This document shows positions 37,916 to 47,060 of a DNA stretch of 50,542 bases, piece after piece (position 1 is the stretch's first letter; each line of letters opens with the position of its first letter). Source of the stretch: Methanocellales archaeon (GTDB taxonomy: Archaea > Halobacteriota > UBA148); the NCBI GenBank assembly GCA_028715545.1, contig JAQURP010000003.1, forward strand, positions 1-50,542, given 5' to 3'. The notes beneath the pieces are model-generated. The model was given only the letters and a program-made list of their open reading frames with translations. It searched no databases and was not told where the DNA came from. The translations under genes and the position numbers were made by a program.

Positions 37916-39052
37916 GTGCATATTCCTCTGCATATATTAAGAATTATTGATCTGGGGAGTGAAAAAACGAGTAAAGAAGTTTTCCATAATAAGCATGAGG
38001 CTTTTACTGAAGAAGCGTTTAACACACCAGGCATGCTTCCAGACAGATATGTTTTTGTTCTCACCAATCTTTGTAATCTGAAATGCGGTTTTTGTTATCA
38101 GAAAAAAAATTCAAAAAAAGATGCCATGAATGCAGAAGAATGGATAAATTTAGCAAAACAGCTCCCTAGTTACGCTCGAGTTACATTTACAGGGGGTGAG
38201 CCCTTCGTCTTTCCAAGCTTTAAAGACGTTTTCTCATACGTTGCGGAGAGATTTAATTGTAACATCATTTCAAATGGGATATTATTAACTGAGGAAAAAA
38301 TCGATTATATCCTTTCTTTTCCAAACTTCAAAGTGCTTTCTTTATCAATAGACGATGTTGGAAATGCCATTAGAGGAGTCACACCCGCACAATGGGGTCA
38401 TCTAAAAAAGATGATGAAATACTTCACCAAAAAAAGAGATGCGATTAATCCCGATTGCATTCTGGATGTTAAGACACTGGTTTTAGATGAAAATGCTGAG
38501 GATATTTTTAAAATTTACAAATATTTCGTAGAAGAGTTAAATGTCGATACACATGTATTTCAATTTTTAAAAGGTTCATCAATCCAACATGCTGATTCCA
38601 TGTTCGAGTTTAAAGATCTCTTAAAAAAGTCTCCCTCTTCGATCTATAAAAAATTTGACATAATCAAGGAGCAGTTAGAGTTAGTGCGGCAGTATAACGT
38701 GCGTAAAGGGAAAGTCTCTTTCATACATCCCAAGGTAGATTCTTTAGTCTCGGAAAATACATTATCCAACATTGATCTCCTTAATAACCCAGATCACGTG
38801 AAGGAGTTGTACTTGCCATGCAAATTCCCTTGGTCAAGCGTTCACATCAACTGTGATGGAACTCTCTTTCCTTGTTTGGCAGTCTCCATGGGGAATGTCA
38901 AAAAGTCCCCCCTATCCGATATAATCAACAGTGAAGAGTTTTATGAATTCAGGGAACTTATCAGGAGAGAAGGCACGATTGCGGCGTGTAATCGCTGTGG
39001 ATGGTTACGACCAAATCAAGTAAATCTAAATAATCCTGAGGTTTATTCATGA
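37916..39052 (+). CDS. Radical SAM enzyme with C-terminal Cys-rich SPASM/twitch-like domain
   Basis: LTNLCNLKCGFCYQ (CxxxCxxC), GGEPF, and the C-terminal CKFPWSSVHINCDGTLFPC ... ACNRCGW. Start uncertain (GTG 37916 or ATG 38033). Confidence 0.8.
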   Translation: MHIPLHILRIIDLGSEKTSKEVFHNKHEAFTEEAFNTPGMLPDRYVFVLTNLCNLKCGFCYQKKNSKKDAMNAEEWINLAKQLPSYARVTFTGGEPFVFPSFKDVFSYVAERFNCNIISNGILLTEEKIDYILSFPNFKVLSLSIDDVGNAIRGVTPAQWGHLKKMMKYFTKKRDAINPDCILDVKTLVLDENAEDIFKIYKYFVEELNVDTHVFQFLKGSSIQHADSMFEFKDLLKKSPSSIYKKFDIIKEQLELVRQYNVRKGKVSFIHPKVDSLVSENTLSNIDLLNNPDHVKELYLPCKFPWSSVHINCDGTLFPCLAVSMGNVKKSPLSDIINSEEFYEFRELIRREGTIAACNRCGWLRPNQVNLNNPEVYS

Positions 39053-39924
39053 CTAAGGAAGTTATCATTCTCGGTAGTAACGGATTCATCGGAAGTCGCT
39101 TACTGAAAAATTGTTCTATGAAAACATCTTATGAAGTCAGGGGATATTCCCGTGAAGAATGTGATCTACTATCTTTAGATTCAATCAATAGTGCCTTACC
39201 ATCAGTAACTTCGGATTATGTAATAATAATGACTTCTTCTATAACTAGGCTCAAAGATAACACCTATAATTCCATGATAAAGAACATCGCTATGGCGGAG
39301 AATATTGGCAGATTTATAAAAGAGCGTCTGGTAGGCCAATTTATTTTTTTAAGCACGGTTGACGTTTATGGGTTTGTTAAAAGTAAAATAAATGAGAAAC
39401 TCCCGCCTGATCCCAAAGATTACTATGCTATATCCAAGCTTACAAGTGAGTTCATTCTAAGAAAATATTGCTCAGAGAGTAATATCCCCCTTTTGATTTT
39501 GCGACTTTCCGGAATATATGGCCCGGGAGATGAAGGTAAAAGCACCATAAACCGTCTTTTTAGGTCTGCAGTAGAAAAGAATAAGGTCACTATTTGGGGT
39601 GATGGTACGGATAAACGTGATTACGTTTATGTTGATGACATTTATAAAATCATAAATGAAGCAATCATGAAAAAATCAAATAGAACAATAAATGTAGCAA
39701 CAGGTAGAAGCTACTCGATTCTTCAAATTATAGATATGATAAAATCCTTGTCTCTATACAAATTTCAGGTTGAATTTAGATCAAAGGCTAGTAACGGTGA
39801 AAAGAGGATAGAAGATATGATATTTGATTGTTCTTTATTAATGGAGGAATTTCCTAATTTGCAACTAACAGAGCTTAAAGAAGGAATATCGCGTTATATA
39901 TCTCATTCTTTAGGGAGGGTATAA
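39049..39924 (+). CDS. Short NAD(P)-dependent sugar epimerase/reductase (SDR)
   Basis: IILGSNGFIGSRL, YAISK (YxxxK), IYGPGDEG and WGDGTDKRDYVYVDD. ATGA overlap with the upstream radical SAM gene. Confidence 0.7.
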   Translation: MTKEVIILGSNGFIGSRLLKNCSMKTSYEVRGYSREECDLLSLDSINSALPSVTSDYVIIMTSSITRLKDNTYNSMIKNIAMAENIGRFIKERLVGQFIFLSTVDVYGFVKSKINEKLPPDPKDYYAISKLTSEFILRKYCSESNIPLLILRLSGIYGPGDEGKSTINRLFRSAVEKNKVTIWGDGTDKRDYVYVDDIYKIINEAIMKKSNRTINVATGRSYSILQIIDMIKSLSLYKFQVEFRSKASNGEKRIEDMIFDCSLLMEEFPNLQLTELKEGISRYISHSLGRV

Positions 39925-41051
39925 TGTATTTTGACAGTATTTTTGTTGAATTGACAAGTGTATGCGATATGTCGTGCGAGTTTTGTCCCAATAGTACTAT
40001 GAGTCGGCCAAAAAAGCATATAGATTTTGATTTATTTTTGAATATTATCGATCAAATAGTTGCAAACCATCTGACTAAACATATAAAGCTTGCTGCACTA
40101 GGTGAGTCCCTTTTGTATCCCAAGTTATTAGAGGCTATTAAATATTGTACAGAAAAAAATTTAGTAACTAGTATGTTCACTAACAGTTTGTTATTAACAA
40201 CTGATTTATACCAAAAATTGGTCGATAGTGGATTGAAAGGGATACAGATCAGCCTTCAGGACTTGACAGAAGATTCATTTGTATATAGGCATGCGAAGCG
40301 CAAGATAAGTTATTCTTCATTTTATCAAAATGTAATTAAGTTAATTGATTATCATGTAAATCATAATATCCCTATTCCTATGGTAATTTGTATAATGTTT
40401 TCTAAGCCGCAGTGGATATCCAGCGAACTGTGGGATTTACCGGCGATAAAAGAGAGTACAAAATATGTAACAGTTTTATCACAGATGTTTGTGGATGAAA
40501 TGAATAAAATAGCATATAAAAATAATGTTAAATGTTATTTAAACAAAAGATCATTTGGTTTTTCACTACGAGCTTTAAATGTTTTTAAAAGCAGAGACAT
40601 TAAAATAATGGACAATGTGTTTTTACATATGACTCCCCTAAATCCTGAATTATTTAATACGAGAAAAAAATTAGATGGGGTGCTTGGCAACAAGATTAAG
40701 CTGGTAAAAAGAACAAAAGGTTCATGTCCCTCTTTAGCAGAACCTATGATATTATCCAATGGTTCTTTTATCCCATGTTGTATAGATTGTCTTGGGGAAT
40801 CGGCTATGGGTAAAGTTACTACCGAGAACTCATTAATTTCGATAATAAATAGTGAAAAATATCAGAATTTAATTAAAGGATTTAAAAATCATAATGTTAT
40901 CAATCCCGTTTGTCAGGAATGTAAAGGAAAATTGGTCTATAAAAATCCCTTTTCTAGATTGGTATATTTAATTACTTCATTTAATATATATACCTTGATT
41001 GCCATATCTATTCGAAAATGGCACTCTTTATGGAAATTGTTAAAAAAATAA
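39924..41051 (+). CDS. Radical SAM enzyme with SPASM-like Cys-rich domain and C-terminal hydrophobic helix
   Basis: LTSVCDMSCEFCPN (CxxxCxxC). C-terminal CPSLAEPMILSNGSFIPCCIDC ... PVCQECKG. Terminal segment LVYLITSFNIYTLIAISI looks like a membrane anchor. TAATG overlap with the upstream SDR. Confidence 0.8.
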   Translation: MYFDSIFVELTSVCDMSCEFCPNSTMSRPKKHIDFDLFLNIIDQIVANHLTKHIKLAALGESLLYPKLLEAIKYCTEKNLVTSMFTNSLLLTTDLYQKLVDSGLKGIQISLQDLTEDSFVYRHAKRKISYSSFYQNVIKLIDYHVNHNIPIPMVICIMFSKPQWISSELWDLPAIKESTKYVTVLSQMFVDEMNKIAYKNNVKCYLNKRSFGFSLRALNVFKSRDIKIMDNVFLHMTPLNPELFNTRKKLDGVLGNKIKLVKRTKGSCPSLAEPMILSNGSFIPCCIDCLGESAMGKVTTENSLISIINSEKYQNLIKGFKNHNVINPVCQECKGKLVYKNPFSRLVYLITSFNIYTLIAISIRKWHSLWKLLKK

Positions 41052-41204
41052 ATGAAGCGAAAGAGCCGTGAAATCAACCCCAGTTTTATAACTACTGGAA
41101 AAAGGTTTTTATTTTCAAAACATAAATTCTGTGCAAAGCGTTTAGCTGGTAAAAAAGAAGTTTTAGACGTAGGATGTGTCGATGTCTTTGCCAATAACCT
41201 ATAG
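41052..41204 (+). pseudogene. Truncated 5' fragment of a class I SAM-dependent methyltransferase
   Basis: A 50-codon ORF (MKRKSREINPSFITTGKRFLFSKHKFCAKRLAGKKEVLDVGCVDVFANNL*) ends inside motif I (VLDVGCG expected). It is followed by about 350 nt with no ORF. Confidence 0.5.
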
Positions 41205-41481
41205 TAAACGCTTAACTCTCTATCAATCTAAGATCAGGAGTTGCAGTAGATGGCAAAAACAACCAACAATATCATAAAGGACTATAATAATAAACTATAT
41301 TATCTATTTCGTTCCCAAAATTCAAATTCCTGCAAAGAATAGGCTCATTATTTGAGGTGACGATGAAGGGGCTTTGGGGCACAATTTGCGAATCTCCTTT
41401 CTAATGGCAGGTTTTTTCGACTTTACTGGCTTATAGGAAATATTAGTTTATTTTTGTCCCAAAGCTATAAACGGGATTTCA

Positions 41482-41545
41482 TTTATATTAATGTATATGA
41501 TATATGATGATATACGATATATTATATCTTTGTATTTAAAGGAGG
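41482..41545 (+). promoter_or_regulatory. TA-rich candidate promoter/operator region plus GGAGG RBS upstream of 41558
   Basis: TTTATATT at 41482-41489. Tandem ATATGAT ATATGAT, then GATATAC and GATATATTATATC (a 6-1-6 palindrome). GGAGG at 41541-41545, 12 nt before the ATG. Confidence 0.3.
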
Positions 41546-41557
41546 AAAACTACTGAA

Positions 41558-42217
41558 ATGGTAGAAATAAACTTGCTTGAAAAATATCCGAGCTCAAAGA
41601 GACCCGTTGAAGAGAGAGCAATACAAAGAACCGCAGAGGATGTAGCACTCGCAAAGCAATTTGGTAAAGAGTATTTCGACGGAACCAGGATGCAAGGTTA
41701 TGGTGGATACTATTACCATGAAAGATTTTGGACTGAAGTGGTCAAAGATTTCATCAAATATTATGGACTAAAAGAAAACAGCAAAATACTGGACGTGGGT
41801 TGTGGGAAAGGATTTATGTTGCACGATTTTAGGAGAGCAATACCAGGTGTAACTGTAAGTGGAATAGACATATCTCAATATGCTATTGATAATGCGATGG
41901 AAGATGTAAAACCATTTTTACAAATTGGAAATGCTAAGGATTTAAGTATGTTCAAATATAAAGAATTTGATTTAGTGATTTCAATAAATACGGTCCATAA
42001 TTTAAAATTGGAAGAGTGCAGGCAAGCACTTAAGGAAATACAGCGTGTCGGAAAAGATGCATTTATAACAGTGGATGCATGGCGGAGGGAAGAAGAGAGA
42101 GAAAGACTGCATAAATGGAATTTAACTGCTGAGACGTACATGCACGTGGATGACTGGAAAAAGCTATTCACAGAAGTTGGCTATATGGGAGACTATTACT
42201 GGTTTATCGTCGAGTAG
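41558..42217 (+). CDS. Class I SAM-dependent methyltransferase
   Basis: ILDVGCGKGFMLHDF (motif I), FDLVISINTVHNL (motif II/III region). 219 aa. Confidence 0.8.
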   Translation: MVEINLLEKYPSSKRPVEERAIQRTAEDVALAKQFGKEYFDGTRMQGYGGYYYHERFWTEVVKDFIKYYGLKENSKILDVGCGKGFMLHDFRRAIPGVTVSGIDISQYAIDNAMEDVKPFLQIGNAKDLSMFKYKEFDLVISINTVHNLKLEECRQALKEIQRVGKDAFITVDAWRREEERERLHKWNLTAETYMHVDDWKKLFTEVGYMGDYYWFIVE

Positions 42218-42283
42218 AAGTATGAAACCTACACTGCAAGTTCCCAAAATCTAATCAGCACATGCTGTTCTAATTCTAGGATT

Positions 42284-43327
42284 ATGATAACAAAAGCTGC
42301 CGTATTATATAAGATTGGTGACCCTTTGGTCATTGAAGAGTTGCAAATACCTGAGTTGCAGCGTGGTCAGGTGCTTGTAAAGTTGCTATACGGTGGAGTA
42401 TGCCACAGTCAATTGAACGAGATAAAAGGATTCAAAGGGGAGGATAAATATATTCCCCATACACTGGGGCATGAGGGTTCAGGGGTTATTGAAAAAATTG
42501 GTCCAGGCGTAACAAAAATTAGAGAGGGGGACTATGTCGTCTTGTCGTGGATAAAAGGTCCTGGATTGGACGCACCTTCATCGCATTATATAAACAGCAA
42601 GAATGGTAAAAAAATCAATTCTGGTGCTATTTCAACATTTAGTCAGTTCGCAATTATCTCTGAAAATCGATTAATAAAAATATCAACAAATTTACCTCCT
42701 GATAAGGCAGCACTTCTGGGTTGTGCGGTTCCTACTGGAGCTGGAATTGTAAGGAATACTTTAAAGGCTAAAGAAGGCGAGACAATCGCAGTTTTTGGTA
42801 TTGGAGGGATAGGATCCAGCGCTGTTTTGGCTGCAGATTTGATGAAATGCTCCAAAATTATCGCTGTTGATATTCATGAACACAAGCTAAAGCTTGCAGA
42901 GGAGCTGGGTGCTACACATACGATCAACTCCAAGCGGGATGACGTAGTTGCTTCGATAAAACACATAACAGGGGGAATAGGGGTTGATTACGCTATCGAA
43001 GCCACGGGTGTAAAAGAGGCGATGGAATTGGCGTTTAGTTCGATTAAGGATTTGGGGACAGCAGTAATCGCTGGCAATTTGAAGCATGGCGAAAAAATCT
43101 GTATAGATCCATTTGATTTAATTAAGGGCAAAAAGTTATTAGGAACGTGGGGTGGTGAAACAAAACCAGAACGTGATATACCACTCTATGCGGAGATGTA
43201 TCTCTCGGGGAAGTTGAGACTTGATAAGCTGATAACTACCAAATATGGGTTAGAGAACATCAATGATGCATTTGCAGATCTTGAAAATGGGAAGGTTATG
43301 AGAGCTTTGATCGGTCTATTGCAGTAG
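42284..43327 (+). CDS. Zn-dependent alcohol dehydrogenase (MDR superfamily)
   Basis: GVCHSQLNE ... GHEGSGVIEKIGPGV (catalytic Zn ligands) and VFGIGGIGSSAV (GxGxxG). 347 aa. Confidence 0.85.
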   Translation: MITKAAVLYKIGDPLVIEELQIPELQRGQVLVKLLYGGVCHSQLNEIKGFKGEDKYIPHTLGHEGSGVIEKIGPGVTKIREGDYVVLSWIKGPGLDAPSSHYINSKNGKKINSGAISTFSQFAIISENRLIKISTNLPPDKAALLGCAVPTGAGIVRNTLKAKEGETIAVFGIGGIGSSAVLAADLMKCSKIIAVDIHEHKLKLAEELGATHTINSKRDDVVASIKHITGGIGVDYAIEATGVKEAMELAFSSIKDLGTAVIAGNLKHGEKICIDPFDLIKGKKLLGTWGGETKPERDIPLYAEMYLSGKLRLDKLITTKYGLENINDAFADLENGKVMRALIGLLQ

Positions 43328-43451
43328 CATAACTAAATGACAGCAAATCAGCGGCAAAAAAATTGAATGATAAAATTATATTTAGCACCTCAGGACTCAG
43401 ATAAAACTTAAGGATATATAATGTAGCATAATTATAGTAAGGAGTGTAACT

Positions 43452-44063
43452 ATGCCAAATTTTCGAACACAATTTGTAAAAGAATATCTAAGTAATGTTA
43501 TTCAACTTCTGACAGAGATGGAAGAGGATGCGATATCAAAGATAGATGTTTTAGCAACAGAATTACTTAAAGCGAGAGAAAATGGGAAGACCATTTTCAT
43601 AATGGGAAATGGAGGAAGTGCCACGACCGCATCTCATTTCGCCGGGGACCTTTCAAAGGGCACGATAGTGGAGGGATTCCCACGGTTTAGAGCAATTGCC
43701 TTGACAGATAACATCCCTAATATGCTTGCCTGGGCTAATGACAATGGTTATGAATATATTTTTGTAGAACAACTGAAGAATTTAATGGAGCAGGGAGATG
43801 TAGTAATTGGAATCAGCGGTAGCGGCAATTCCGAAAATATTATTAGAGCAATAGAGTATGCAAATGAGCATAATGCCGTCACAATAGGACTCTCAGGATT
43901 TTCAGAAAACAATAAACTTATGAATACTGCAAAGATTAATATTCACGCCCCCAGTTCATGCATGCAAAGGGTGGAGGACATCCATTTAGTGCTTCAACAT
44001 CTATTGATTTCGCTTATAAGAGAGGAGATGAAGCATGAGATAATCTCCAAGGATGGCCTATAG
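43452..44063 (+). CDS. gmhA: Sedoheptulose-7-phosphate isomerase (SIS domain, GmhA-like)
   Basis: IFIMGNGGSATTASHFAGDL and VIGISGSGNSENI. About 200 aa, the typical GmhA/phosphoheptose isomerase layout. Confidence 0.85.
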   Translation: MPNFRTQFVKEYLSNVIQLLTEMEEDAISKIDVLATELLKARENGKTIFIMGNGGSATTASHFAGDLSKGTIVEGFPRFRAIALTDNIPNMLAWANDNGYEYIFVEQLKNLMEQGDVVIGISGSGNSENIIRAIEYANEHNAVTIGLSGFSENNKLMNTAKINIHAPSSCMQRVEDIHLVLQHLLISLIREEMKHEIISKDGL

Positions 44064-44910
44064 GGGAGAAATGAAATTGTTAAAAGTGCTAATAGATATT
44101 TGGAGGTGTGGGAATACTCTGTTTGCAGGCACATGGGTAAGTAAAATTCCAGGGGTATCAAGACTGCACACTTACTTGGCAGCTTCGATTCTTAATGGAA
44201 AAACTCATGAGGTAGATGGTCAGAAAATGGTGGCTGTTTTTGATCCAGTAACTAAAGATTTATTATACTACACGAATAATTACGAACCCCTCATTTCCTC
44301 TCTTTTCTGCTCCATACTTGAAGAGGGTATGGTAGTTCTGGACATTGGTGCTTCTTTAGGTTATTACACATTACTTGCTGCAAAGCGTGTGGGTGGTGAG
44401 GGGGTGGTGATATCATTTGAACCGGATCCCGTTGCTTTTTGTGGATTGTTAGAAAATATTCGAATTAATGGATGGAAAAATGTTCGTGCATTCCAGTTTG
44501 CGGTTTCTGATTCCAATGGGGAAAGGAAAATGGGCAATTTGATGGCACATAAAAGTTTCGCAATCAAAAATAACACTGTTGGTATTATTACCGTAAAAAC
44601 AATCTCTCTGGATTCCTTTTTAGATGTTGATCCTGACATAATTAAGATAGATGTTGACGGAGCAGAGCTAGAGGTTATAAATGGAATGAAAAAGATTTTG
44701 GCTAAAGGAAAAGCGAAGATAATATGTGAGGTTAATCCTTCCCACCTCTCTTCTTTGGATTACAGTGCCGAAAAAATTGAAGAAATTCTCAAACAATACA
44801 ACTATAATATTTATTCGATAACTGAAAAAGGATTAATTCCTGTAACTTCTTTTGAAAATATAAAAAACGAAAGTGTTTGTGATACGTATTTTTTTACAAA
44901 GGAAAAGTGA
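44053..44910 (+). CDS. FkbM-family methyltransferase
   Basis: VLDIGASLGYYTLLAA, SFEPDPVAF, FAVSDSNG and IKIDVDGAELEVING are the canonical FkbM blocks. Confidence 0.8.
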   Translation: MAYRGEMKLLKVLIDIWRCGNTLFAGTWVSKIPGVSRLHTYLAASILNGKTHEVDGQKMVAVFDPVTKDLLYYTNNYEPLISSLFCSILEEGMVVLDIGASLGYYTLLAAKRVGGEGVVISFEPDPVAFCGLLENIRINGWKNVRAFQFAVSDSNGERKMGNLMAHKSFAIKNNTVGIITVKTISLDSFLDVDPDIIKIDVDGAELEVINGMKKILAKGKAKIICEVNPSHLSSLDYSAEKIEEILKQYNYNIYSITEKGLIPVTSFENIKNESVCDTYFFTKEK

Positions 44911-45069
44911 TGAACTTGGACTGGAATGTTTTTATACCGCACCGTATTGTGCATACTATTGTAGTGGTCATGACCCATCCCCTAAAAAGATGGCTTTATC
45001 CCCTCCTCTCTAAATCTGCTGAAGGAGATGACATGTTTTAATTTTACCTCAAAATCCCGAAAAAATTAG

Positions 45070-45077
45070 TTTATAAA
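45070..45077 (+). promoter_or_regulatory. Candidate TATA-like box (TTTATAAA) upstream of the GT4 operon
   Basis: TTTATAAA lies 48 nt before ATG 45125 and is followed by an AAGGAG RBS. Only meaningful if the organism is archaeal. Confidence 0.25.
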
Positions 45078-45124
45078 TGCCTGATAATAAAAATGTGCTA
45101 GGAAAATAAGGAGCGATGTAAGAT

Positions 45125-46279
45125 ATGAAAGTGATTATTTCAACAAGGGCGATATACCCATTTCATGGAAACGGAGGAATGGAAACATATTATTACAATC
45201 TGGCAAAGCATCTTGTTAGAGAGGGAGTTGAAACGGAAATTATTTCTTCTCTAACTAACACTGTAGGAAAAACAGAATACTATGATGACATAAAATACAC
45301 CTTTTTACCCCCAAACTTTAATAAGAAGCCGTTAATGAGTTTGTGGTGCAGATTCTTCGATTTAAATGTAAAAAAATATCTTCAAAGAATCGATTTTGAT
45401 ATTTTACATGCAACTGCTGGGATACACCCCTATGTACTTTCTAAAAATCGAAAAAAGGTTATTTTCCAACCCTTTGGTCTTGAATGGTTTAAAATAACTA
45501 AAGGTCTGGTAAAATTATATACTTACGCCTTAAACTATCGAACAGATAAGCTGATTTTTAACCATGCAGATGCAATTGCCTCAGAAGGAAAAGCAAACAC
45601 CCAAGAAATTATGAGTTTATTTAAAGTTCCAAGAGAAAAGATTTTTACTTTACCAAATGGGGTGGACCTTAGTTTAATTGAAGAGTGCTTGGCAAATTCG
45701 GAAATTCATCAAGAAGATTATGGAATACAGGATGCTGATTTAGTTCTTGTAAATGTAAATAAGTTAATACCACATAAGGGCGTTCATTACCTTATTGATG
45801 CATTAGAAATCTTAAATAAAAATTTGAATGCAAAATTAATTCTTATTGGTTCTGGCTCGCAAGAGCAGAAACTGAAAGAGCAAATAAAAAGAAACAAGTT
45901 GCAAGATAAAGTAATACATTTTAAAAGCATTCCGAATGAGAAGATATTTGCATTTTATGCTTTGGCAGATATCGCCGTTACCCCAACGTTGTACGAAGGG
46001 GGTTGCCCGCCTTTTGTTGTCTTAGAAGCAATGGCAGTAGGGAAACCGATAGTTACCACCGACATTCCACAGATGCAAGATGCGGTAAAAGATGGAATGA
46101 ATGGATTTTTAGTTCAGCCGAGGAATCCAAAAGCAATATCAGATGCGATATTAACTATCTATAATAAAGGGTTAATAAGAGAGATGGGAAAAAACTCAAG
46201 GGAAATTGTTAAGGAATATGATTGGAATATAATTGCAAAAAGAGCGATAACGAAGTACGAGGAATTGATCGAAGAATGA
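45125..46279 (+). CDS. GT4-family (GT-B) glycosyltransferase
   Basis: C-terminal EX7E region PTLYEGGCPPFVVLEAMAVGKPIVTTD. 384 aa. Confidence 0.85.
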   Translation: MKVIISTRAIYPFHGNGGMETYYYNLAKHLVREGVETEIISSLTNTVGKTEYYDDIKYTFLPPNFNKKPLMSLWCRFFDLNVKKYLQRIDFDILHATAGIHPYVLSKNRKKVIFQPFGLEWFKITKGLVKLYTYALNYRTDKLIFNHADAIASEGKANTQEIMSLFKVPREKIFTLPNGVDLSLIEECLANSEIHQEDYGIQDADLVLVNVNKLIPHKGVHYLIDALEILNKNLNAKLILIGSGSQEQKLKEQIKRNKLQDKVIHFKSIPNEKIFAFYALADIAVTPTLYEGGCPPFVVLEAMAVGKPIVTTDIPQMQDAVKDGMNGFLVQPRNPKAISDAILTIYNKGLIREMGKNSREIVKEYDWNIIAKRAITKYEELIEE

Positions 46280-46968
46280 AGAAAAAAAAAATTTGCAATA
46301 TTGTTTTAAATGATGCGCAAGATGTGATATTTAGAGACGAATTTAAGCCTATTTTAGATTTGATCCCTTCTAATTCTAAAGTTTTGGATTTAGGTTGTGG
46401 AGATGGTAGTTTAGGATATCAATTAATAACAACGAAGTCCTGTGAGGTAAGTGGAGTTGACGTATCTAAAGAGGTAGTAAAAAAAGCGAAAGAAAAGGGC
46501 ATTGTTGCATCCGTTGGTGATTTAGAAGAGGGTTTGGAATTCCCGGATGAAACTTTCGATTATGTTGTCATATGCGATGTGTTAGAACATGTACGAGAAC
46601 CACTTTACCTCTTAAAAGAAGCACTACGAGTCAGCAAAAGATATGTTATTGTAGCATTTCCAAATTTTGGCTATTTTGTTTGCAGAGTTCAAGCGCTTAG
46701 GGGAGAATTCCCGAAAGCAATTCATTTTGGGATGAAATGGTATAATTCGGCACATATCACACTGTTTTCACTGAAAGATTTTTTGAATGCATTAAAAGAA
46801 TTGAACTTCAATGTCAAGGTGAGCAGGTCTGGGCATATTGCCTCCAAAAAAATACCTCGGTTTTTGATTAGAATGTTTCCAACCCTTTTTGCCGGTGTTT
46901 GTGTGCTTGAGTTAGAAAAGGGGGAAGGGTGGAATTATAAAAATGTTAGGGATTATTATGATGTATAA
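46276..46968 (+). CDS. SAM-dependent methyltransferase (MetW-like class I)
   Basis: VLDLGCGDGSLGYQL (motif I) and FDYVVICDVLEHV. ATG 46276 gives an ATGA overlap with the upstream GT4. An A10 tract at 46282-46291 lies within codons 2-6. Confidence 0.75.
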   Translation: MKKKKICNIVLNDAQDVIFRDEFKPILDLIPSNSKVLDLGCGDGSLGYQLITTKSCEVSGVDVSKEVVKKAKEKGIVASVGDLEEGLEFPDETFDYVVICDVLEHVREPLYLLKEALRVSKRYVIVAFPNFGYFVCRVQALRGEFPKAIHFGMKWYNSAHITLFSLKDFLNALKELNFNVKVSRSGHIASKKIPRFLIRMFPTLFAGVCVLELEKGEGWNYKNVRDYYDV

Positions 46969-47060
46969 GAACTTCCTAATATTATTTATGCCCTTACATC
47001 CAAAGTATGGGATTTTAGATGGGTTTAGACTTTTCAAAGTCAAAATTTAATCGAAAGAAG

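Noticed and set aside
44910-45041. 43-codon ORF (MNLDWNVFIPHRIVHTIVVVMTHPLKRWLYPLLSKSAEGDDMF*) overlapping the FkbM gene stop.
   Set aside because: It is below reasonable length, has no motif and no RBS. It is more likely non-coding spacer before the GT4 operon promoter.
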